This document shows positions 35,346 through 41,322 of a stretch of 41,322 nt of DNA, piece after piece. Numbering within the stretch: the first letter of the stretch is position 1; the number at the start of each line of letters is the position of its first letter. Both the position numbers and the translations under genes were made by a program. Under the pieces are notes generated by a model. The model did no database searches and was not told the origin of the DNA. It worked only from the letters and a program-made list of their open reading frames with translations. This DNA is from Candidatus Aenigmatarchaeota archaeon (lineage in GTDB: Archaea; Aenigmatarchaeota; Aenigmatarchaeia; QMZP01): contig JAFCEK010000004.1 of assembly GCA_017609225.1 (NCBI GenBank), positions 1 to 41,322 on the forward strand, written 5' to 3'.

Positions 35346-35991
35346 TTTTCAGCAGAAAAAACATATGGTCCTTTTCAAACGGGTCAAGCTCTTTTTTGTC
35401 CAGGATTTTAAAAACACGGGACAGCTTTTTTTCCTCCTGGGTGTATATCTGCCTTGGGTTTTTTGTGACATCAATGCTTCTGGATTTTATTGCAATCATT
35501 GCAAAGCCGGAAGGTTTAAGGAAGGCATTGCAGTTCCTTATCAGGATTTCGCTCTGGTCATTTGTGGCAACATCCTGGTAAACAATATCCACCTGCTCAA
35601 TCCATCTGTAATCTTCAGGCCTTCTGGCATTGGCAAGAACAGGGACAATGTTGCCCCTTTTTTCTGCAACAGGGTTCAGGTCTCTTATTGAACGCTCTGA
35701 AATTTCCACACCATAAATTATGCCTTCAGAGCCTATAATATCAGAAAAAAAGCTGGATGTGTAGCCATTGGCTATTCCAAGATAAAGGATTTTCATGCCT
35801 TGCCGCAGAGGGAAACCCTTAAGCCCCTTTGCTATTGCAGCGCATGCCTTGCTTCTGGAAGGGTCCCATACCCTGTATTCCTCTCCCTTTATTTTCAGGG
35901 TTTCCTCAGTAAAGCTCCTGAAGCCCGGGACAATGTTTTTTGTAAGGATTTTGTTCTTTTGCTTCCATACACCCGGAAATATCTGGTTCAT
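35332..35991 (-). CDS. flpA: fibrillarin-like rRNA/tRNA 2'-O-methyltransferase
   Basis: YRVWDPSRSKACAAI, ILYLGIANGYTSSFFSDI and VDIVYQDVA are typical of archaeal fibrillarin. Confidence 0.9.
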   Translation of the reverse strand: MNQIFPGVWKQKNKILTKNIVPGFRSFTEETLKIKGEEYRVWDPSRSKACAAIAKGLKGFPLRQGMKILYLGIANGYTSSFFSDIIGSEGIIYGVEISERSIRDLNPVAEKRGNIVPVLANARRPEDYRWIEQVDIVYQDVATNDQSEILIRNCNAFLKPSGFAMIAIKSRSIDVTKNPRQIYTQEEKKLSRVFKILDKKELDPFEKDHMFFLLKIKQL

Positions 35992-36002
35992 GTTTTTCTC
36001 CT
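35972..36002. repeat. 31-nt direct repeat, copy 1 (covers the flpA RBS, start and first 6 codons)
   Basis: cccggaaatatctggttcatgtttttctcct matches 36046-36076 at 30 of 31 positions. Confidence 0.9.
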
Positions 36003-36045
36003 GAAGGTCTTTTTGAGGAAGCGGAAGCTCCTGTAAAAAGAGCTT

Positions 36046-36076
36046 CCCGGGAATATCTGGTTCATGTTTTTCTCCT
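36046..36076. repeat. 31-nt direct repeat, copy 2 (creates a 25-codon upstream ORF at 35988-36065)
   Basis: cccgggaatatctggttcatgtttttctcct. Confidence 0.9.
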
Positions 36077-36083
36077 TCCGGAT

Positions 36084-36491
36084 TTATTTTATCATATCCA
36101 GAATTTTTCTTTTTATTGCAAATGTCTTTTTTATAATTTCCTTTCCTTGGTCAAATTCAATTTTTTCACCATAGTAGTTAATGCTGTTTCTTATCCATCT
36201 TATCCTGTCAAATTCTTCATAATCAAAATCATGAAGCATGCTATTCAAAAGTTCACCAATACAGATATGTGATAAAACCTTGTAGCCATTCATGATACAG
36301 AGAGCCTCCAGAACCTCCCTTAACGAGTCATAGGCAAGGGACACATAGGCAGATATATTAATCTCATTTATATCTGCGGTTTTTACTGTGTTCTCTTTGA
36401 TATATGACATTTCAACAAGCGATTTAACCAGCTCCCTGTTTATCTCTGTTTTCTTTATTAAACCCTTTCTCAGGCATTCCTCTAGATCCAT
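36084..36491 (-). CDS. HEPN domain protein (putative toxin of a HEPN/MNT pair)
   Basis: All-helical, about 135 aa, with a C-terminal IRWIRNSINYYG box. It overlaps the upstream MNT gene by 10 nt. Confidence 0.6.
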   Translation of the reverse strand: MDLEECLRKGLIKKTEINRELVKSLVEMSYIKENTVKTADINEINISAYVSLAYDSLREVLEALCIMNGYKVLSHICIGELLNSMLHDFDYEEFDRIRWIRNSINYYGEKIEFDQGKEIIKKTFAIKRKILDMIK

Positions 36492-37006
36492 CTTATCTTC
36501 CCCTGAATATTAATACCATTAAGAACATTGTTTATGAGGTGTATGTTCTTAAGATCTTTAATATCCTTAACCGGAAGGATGTGTATTCTTCTTTTTAATT
36601 TTTTTTCAAATTTTCTGGTATATGGAAATTCCACTGCTTTTTCTGAAATAACAAGGATGTCAAAATCGCTTGTTTCTGTATCCATTCCTGAAGCGGCTGA
36701 ACCAAAAAGTATTACTACCGGTTTCATGTAGAATCTGTTTATCTCCTCAAGCAGGCCGGAATCCTTGATTTTTCTTATGTTGTAGAAAACCTTTAAATCC
36801 CTGTAAAAATCATTTTCAGGGTTGGCTTTATACAGCTTTAACATCCTTTCTTTTCTTTTCTTTAGAAGGCCTTTTTTTACCATATTCTTTAATTCCTTGC
36901 TTGCTGTAGCAGGGGAAATTCCCAAGAGCCTTGCCACTTCCCTGACATTGAATTCTCTTGTTGTTTCTTCAAAAAACAATTTCAAAATGTTTATTTTTTT
37001 GAACAT
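36482..37006 (-). CDS. winged-HTH fused to minimal nucleotidyltransferase (MNT) domain
   Basis: N-terminal HTH NVREVARLLGISPATASKELKNMVKKGLL. MNT signature ILFGSAASGMDTETSDFDILV (GSxxxG...SDxD). Confidence 0.7.
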   Translation of the reverse strand: MFKKINILKLFFEETTREFNVREVARLLGISPATASKELKNMVKKGLLKKRKERMLKLYKANPENDFYRDLKVFYNIRKIKDSGLLEEINRFYMKPVVILFGSAASGMDTETSDFDILVISEKAVEFPYTRKFEKKLKRRIHILPVKDIKDLKNIHLINNVLNGINIQGKIRWI

Positions 37007-37322
37007 GTGTTTATTTTTATGAACACTTATTTAAATATTTTATTAAATCCGTCTCATATTAGCTCTAAAAATGCTGCGAAAAGCTTTTAAATCCTAATGT
37101 TAATGAAATATTGAATTATCCCACATTTCCCACAAATTAACGAGGGGTGGATTGGTATGGCCGGAACAATGAAAAAAGACATTGAAAGAAGATTAAGGGA
37201 ATTAAGATGGGACCATGAATACGATTACTTCTAATGGATTACAATAGGAGTACAGCAGTAGGTCCTTTTTGCAGCTGTTTCTGCATCAATGGTTTTTTAA
37301 TCAGGGAAGCAAAAAATAAAGC

Positions 37323-39047
37323 ATGAAGTATTCAAAGCTTGTTGAGGTTTATGAATATCTGGAAAAAACCTCTGCAAGGCTCAAAAAAACAAAGGCAATG
37401 GCAAATCTCCTGAAGGAGACACCAGCAGATCTTCTTCCAAAGGTTGCCCTGCTTCTCCAGGGAAGGATTTTTCCCTCATGGGATGAAAGGGAAATCGGCA
37501 TAGCAAATCTTCTTATGGTTAAGATAATTTCAACAGCAACAGGGTTTTCCCAGAAGGATATAGCAGCAAGGTTCAGTAAAACAGGGGATTTCGGACTGGT
37601 TATTGAGGAGCTTGTGAGCAGGAAAAGGCAGAGAACCCTGTTCCAGAAGGAGCTGACAGTGGAAAAGGTTTTTGAAAACCTCCAGAAGCTTGCAAGCATT
37701 ACGGGTTCCGGCTCACAGGAAAGAAAGTTTCATCTTGTTTCAGAGCTCATAAGCTCTGCAAAGCCAAAGGAAGCAAAGTATATTGTCAGAACAACCCTTG
37801 GTGATCTGAGAATTGGCGTGGCTGCAGGGGTTATAAGGGATGCTATAGCAATGGCCTTCCTGGGCAGGGGAAAGGAGCTCAAGGAAATGAAGGAGGAGGT
37901 CAGGGTTCTGGAATGGGCATGGTTTTTGAGACCTGATTACGGGGAGATTGCAAGAATAGCAAAGGAGAAGGGACTTCCCGGCCTGAAAAAAGTCAGGCTG
38001 GAGGTCGGAAAGCCGTATCATGTGCTGCTTGCAGAAAAGTCACCTGGACTGAAGGAAGCGCTTGAGGAGTTTGAACATCCTATCATGGAATACAAGTATG
38101 ATGGGGCAAGAATCGTGATACACAAAAAAGGCAGCAGGCTGTGGTTTTACACAAGGAGGCTGGAAAATGTTACAAGGCAGTTTCCCGAGCTGAGGGATTT
38201 TGTTATGAGGGCTGTAAAGGCAAGGGAATGCATAATAGAGGGGGAGATGCTTGGATTCAACAAAGAAACAGGAAAGCCCATGCCTTTTCAGTTCCTGAGC
38301 CAGAGGATAAAGAGAAAATACGACATTGAGAAAATGGAAAAGGAAATACCTATACAGGTTAATCTGTTTGACATCACATACCTGAACGGCAAAGAGCTTT
38401 TTGACATGCCTTTATCCGAAAGGAGGAAGCTTCTGGAGAAAATAATAAAGCCCATACCCGGAAAGTTTCTGCTTGCCAAATCCCTTGTTACAAAGGACCT
38501 GAAGAAGGCAGAGAGGTTTTACAGGGAGGCACTGGAGGCAAGCCAGGAAGGCCTTATTGTAAAGAATCTGGATGCAAAATACCAGCCGGGAAGAAGGGTT
38601 GCAGGCGGCTGGCTCAAGGTTAAGCCTGTTATGGAAACCCTGGACCTTGTTATAACAGGGGCCACATGGGGAACAGGAAAAAGGGCAGGCTGGTTTGGCT
38701 CTTTTATTCTCGGCTGCAGGGATCCTGATTCAGGCAGATTTCTGGAATGCGGAATGATTGGAACAGGAATAAAGGAAAAGGAGGAGGCAGGCGGTGTGAC
38801 CTTCAGGGAGCTTACAAGGCTTCTGAAGCCGAATATCATGGAGGAACATGGAAGCAGAATTGTGCTGAAGCCTGATGTTGTTGTGGAGGTTGCATATGAG
38901 GAGATACAGAAAAGTCCAAACTACAGCTCTGGTTTTGCCCTGAGGTTTCCAAGGGTGCTGAAAATAAGGCCTGACAAGGCATTAAGCGAAGTGGACACAA
39001 AGGAGAGGATAGAAAGGCTTTTCAGGATGCAGAAGGGAAAAAGATAG
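37323..39047 (+). CDS. lig: ATP-dependent DNA ligase
   Basis: Adenylation motif EYKYDGARI, plus EGEMLG and LIVKNLDAKYQPGRR...WLKVK. Confidence 0.9.
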   Translation: MKYSKLVEVYEYLEKTSARLKKTKAMANLLKETPADLLPKVALLLQGRIFPSWDEREIGIANLLMVKIISTATGFSQKDIAARFSKTGDFGLVIEELVSRKRQRTLFQKELTVEKVFENLQKLASITGSGSQERKFHLVSELISSAKPKEAKYIVRTTLGDLRIGVAAGVIRDAIAMAFLGRGKELKEMKEEVRVLEWAWFLRPDYGEIARIAKEKGLPGLKKVRLEVGKPYHVLLAEKSPGLKEALEEFEHPIMEYKYDGARIVIHKKGSRLWFYTRRLENVTRQFPELRDFVMRAVKARECIIEGEMLGFNKETGKPMPFQFLSQRIKRKYDIEKMEKEIPIQVNLFDITYLNGKELFDMPLSERRKLLEKIIKPIPGKFLLAKSLVTKDLKKAERFYREALEASQEGLIVKNLDAKYQPGRRVAGGWLKVKPVMETLDLVITGATWGTGKRAGWFGSFILGCRDPDSGRFLECGMIGTGIKEKEEAGGVTFRELTRLLKPNIMEEHGSRIVLKPDVVVEVAYEEIQKSPNYSSGFALRFPRVLKIRPDKALSEVDTKERIERLFRMQKGKR

Positions 39048-39220
39048 TTTCCGGGAACAATGCTGGAACAAAAAGTTATTTAAATGTTACCTCCTTGAAG
39101 TGACAAATAAGAAGAAAGGTTTATAAATCTTATGGTCATATTATCTTTACCGGAAAGTACTGATAACAACTAAAGTTTATAAAGAGGCTAACAGAATATT
39201 AAATTAATAATAGTGATTAT

Positions 39221-40012
39221 ATGGTGGCAACAACCGAGGTGCTTGATGCATTAAAAAGCATCGGCCTGAACCTGTATGAAAGGAAGATTTTTGTAGCACT
39301 GCTAGCCAAGGGTGTGGCAACTGCTGCTGAGGTTTCCGAGATAGCAGGCGTTCCAAGGTCAAGGAGCTATGATGTTCTTGAGAGCCTGGCTGAGAAGGGA
39401 TTTGTTGTTGTGCAGCCCTCAAAGCCAATAAAGTATGTGGCTCTTAAGCCATCCGAGGCGCTGGAAAGGACAAAGGAGAACCTTAAGAAAAAGCATGATG
39501 AGATGCTTGAAAGGATTGACAAGATGAAGAATTCGAAAATCCTTAAAGAGCTTGAGAATTTGTACTCGGAGGGTTTCAATCTTGTGCAGCCGTCTGAAAT
39601 GACAGGCACAATGAAGGGAAGCTTCATAATAAACAGGCAGCTGAGAAGCATATTCAAGGCCGCCAAGAAAAACATAAACATAATGACAACAGAGAAGGGG
39701 CTTAATGATTTGTATTCAAATCACTTCAGGGTTCTGAAAAAGATCGCAAAATCCGGTGTGAAGCTCAGGATACTTGCACCAAACAAGAACAATGAAGCTG
39801 CCAAGGCGCTGAGCCAGATTGCTGAGATAAGGGCTGCGCAGGGACCTCTCGGAAGGTTTACTATAATTGACAATGAGCATGTTGTGATGGCATTAACAGA
39901 TGACAGCAGGGTGCATGAAAGCCAGGATGTGGCTCTCTGGGCATCTTCTTCCCATGCTGCGCAGAGCATTGCAGAGCCGCTGTTTAACAGGCTCTGGAGT
40001 TCTGCAAAATAA
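39221..40012 (+). CDS. TrmB family transcriptional regulator
   Basis: N-terminal wHTH LGLNLYERKIFVALLAKGVATAAEVSEIAGVPRSRSYDVLESLAEKGFV plus a TrmB C-terminal domain. Confidence 0.8.
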   Translation: MVATTEVLDALKSIGLNLYERKIFVALLAKGVATAAEVSEIAGVPRSRSYDVLESLAEKGFVVVQPSKPIKYVALKPSEALERTKENLKKKHDEMLERIDKMKNSKILKELENLYSEGFNLVQPSEMTGTMKGSFIINRQLRSIFKAAKKNINIMTTEKGLNDLYSNHFRVLKKIAKSGVKLRILAPNKNNEAAKALSQIAEIRAAQGPLGRFTIIDNEHVVMALTDDSRVHESQDVALWASSSHAAQSIAEPLFNRLWSSAK

Positions 40013-40026
40013 TATTATAACTTGTT

Positions 40027-40929
40027 CTAAGCAAGCAGGCATTCATGTTTTTCCCAGTTTTCCAGTCTCTGGTATTCTGAATCCACATGCTTCTGGATTT
40101 TCTCTGTTTCCTTTTCTGTAAGATGTTTGAACCTTCCCTGGAGTTTCAGGTATTCCTGAACCGGCTTCCTTTCCTGGATTCTTTTTGTGATTCTGAAAAC
40201 CCCGTTTTCAATTTCATACAAAACCCACATGCCTGTTTCCACAGCAAGCCTTGCTATATTTATTGTATCAGCAGAATCAAACTTCCAGCCCGGGGGGCAT
40301 GGGCAGTGTATATGAACAAAGCTTGGCTGCATCTCAAATGCCTTTTTGACCTTGTTTATGAGATCTGTGGGGTATGCAACAGATGCAGAGGCAACATATG
40401 GTATTTTGTGCGCGGCAACAATTTCCCCTATTGCCTTTTTCTGCTCGGTTTTTCCTATTGATTTGCTTCCAGCAGGGCTTGTTGTGGTCCAGGCACCATA
40501 TGGCGTAGCGCCTGACCTCTGGACACCTGTGTTTGCATAGCATTCATTGTCAACACATATCTGGGTTACCTTGTGCCCCCTTTCCAGCATGCCTGAAAGT
40601 GCCTGCAGCCCTATATCAAAGGTTCCGCCATCGCCTGCTATGGCCATAACCTTCCAGTCCTTTCCCAGATGCTTTATGGCTGCCTCTATGCCGGAAGCAA
40701 CAGAGGATGCTGTTTCAAAGGCGTTATGAATCCAGGGAACATTCCAGGCAGTGTTTGGGTACATTGTGGTGGTGACTTCAAGGCATGATGTTGCGCAGGA
40801 AACTATAACATTCCTTGGCGTTCCTTTTGATAACAGGTTAAGCGCTATGGCTACACCGCATCCCGGGCACATGCTGTGGCCGGGAGAAATCAGCCTGAAA
40901 TCCCCTTCCTGGCTGGTTTTTTCTGTCAT
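40027..40929 (-). CDS. porB: pyruvate:ferredoxin oxidoreductase beta subunit (TPP-binding)
   Basis: CPGCG, the GDGG TPP motif (IAGDGGTFDIG), and NECYANTGVQRSGATP. Confidence 0.9.
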   Translation of the reverse strand: MTEKTSQEGDFRLISPGHSMCPGCGVAIALNLLSKGTPRNVIVSCATSCLEVTTTMYPNTAWNVPWIHNAFETASSVASGIEAAIKHLGKDWKVMAIAGDGGTFDIGLQALSGMLERGHKVTQICVDNECYANTGVQRSGATPYGAWTTTSPAGSKSIGKTEQKKAIGEIVAAHKIPYVASASVAYPTDLINKVKKAFEMQPSFVHIHCPCPPGWKFDSADTINIARLAVETGMWVLYEIENGVFRITKRIQERKPVQEYLKLQGRFKHLTEKETEKIQKHVDSEYQRLENWEKHECLLA

Positions 40930-41048
40930 ATATTATCCCAATAATCAGTTCTTTTGAACAGTTTTTAAACTTACCTAGAAATCTTCGTCAATATCAAATC
41001 CCAATATGCAATCCCGGATTATTGATCCACTTGGGGAGGCTTTCTGCC

Positions 41049-41306
41049 CTATTTCTTTTTCTTTTTTTCCTCTTTTGCAAGCTCTTTCTGTGCCTTGAGT
41101 TCGTCAACCTCAAGCCATAGCACAAAGAGCCCCAGCACTATAAGGAATATCGGTATAATTCCTGTAAGCACTATTATGAAGTTTCCTATCCAGTCAATTC
41201 CGAATGTTCCTTCAACTCCTGAGATTGGTATCACGGAATCAATGAAAAGTCCCAGCCCTATCAGAAGTATTATGAGGCCGATTATTATTTTTACTGCAGC
41301 ATGCAT
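41049..41306 (-). CDS. small membrane protein (2 TM, Lys/Glu-rich tail)
   Basis: Hydrophobic 85-aa ORF. I recognise no family. Confidence 0.45.
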   Translation of the reverse strand: MHAAVKIIIGLIILLIGLGLFIDSVIPISGVEGTFGIDWIGNFIIVLTGIIPIFLIVLGLFVLWLEVDELKAQKELAKEEKKKKK

Positions 41307-41322
41307 GAAAAAAGCACCTCCA

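Noticed and set aside
37157-37234. 25-codon ORF MAGTMKKDIERRLRELRWDHEYDYF with an upstream GAGGGGTGG
   Set aside because: It is too short, and I have no homology or context to support it. It is possibly a real micro-protein upstream of lig, but I cannot support it from sequence alone.

Overview
This is an archaeal chromosome segment. The markers are aIF2-beta, aEF-1beta, L14e/L34e, fibrillarin, RadB, ATP-dependent DNA ligase, TrmB, archaeal-type TrpRS/TyrRS and archaeal 16S termini. It is very gene-dense, with many ATGA start/stop overlaps, so I infer a small-genome, DPANN-like lineage (not proven).

Three things stand out.

(1) The centre (about 13.5-25.5 kb) is an RNA-gene cluster: tRNA-Leu(+) | tRNA-His, 16S, tRNA-Ala, 23S and a roughly 365-nt structured ncRNA, all on the minus strand from tRNA-His onward. 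The 16S gene is about 3.37 kb and the 23S about 6.4 kb, more than twice normal length. The excess comes from three LAGLIDADG homing-endonuclease introns plus at least 25 short stem-terminated insertions, several of them inside universally conserved rRNA motifs. All three tRNA genes carry multiple non-canonical introns; tRNA-Leu appears to have four.

(2) A 111-113-nt structured element flanked by ATTAT repeats occurs twice. One copy is nested in a 23S mini-insertion. The other interrupts cutA inside a translationally coupled porG-porD-cutA-porA operon, and precise removal restores an intact 104-aa CutA. It is a candidate mRNA intron or MITE shared between an rRNA gene and a protein gene.

(3) A bacterial primary-type sigma-70 homologue (regions 1.2, 2, 3, 4), split by an apparent 1-nt frameshift, sits with a two-HTH partner gene between archaeal tRNA/aaRS genes.

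Other content:
- ftsZ
- two rhomboid proteases
- a MacB-like ABC transporter with a CARDB-repeat surface protein
- three AP-endonuclease-2/xylose-isomerase-type TIM barrels
- Sec61-beta
- a HEPN/MNT pair
- a distant porB

I saw no CRISPR array, transposase or 5S rRNA. All coordinates for RNA genes and introns were derived by eye and are approximate (about +/-5-30 nt).
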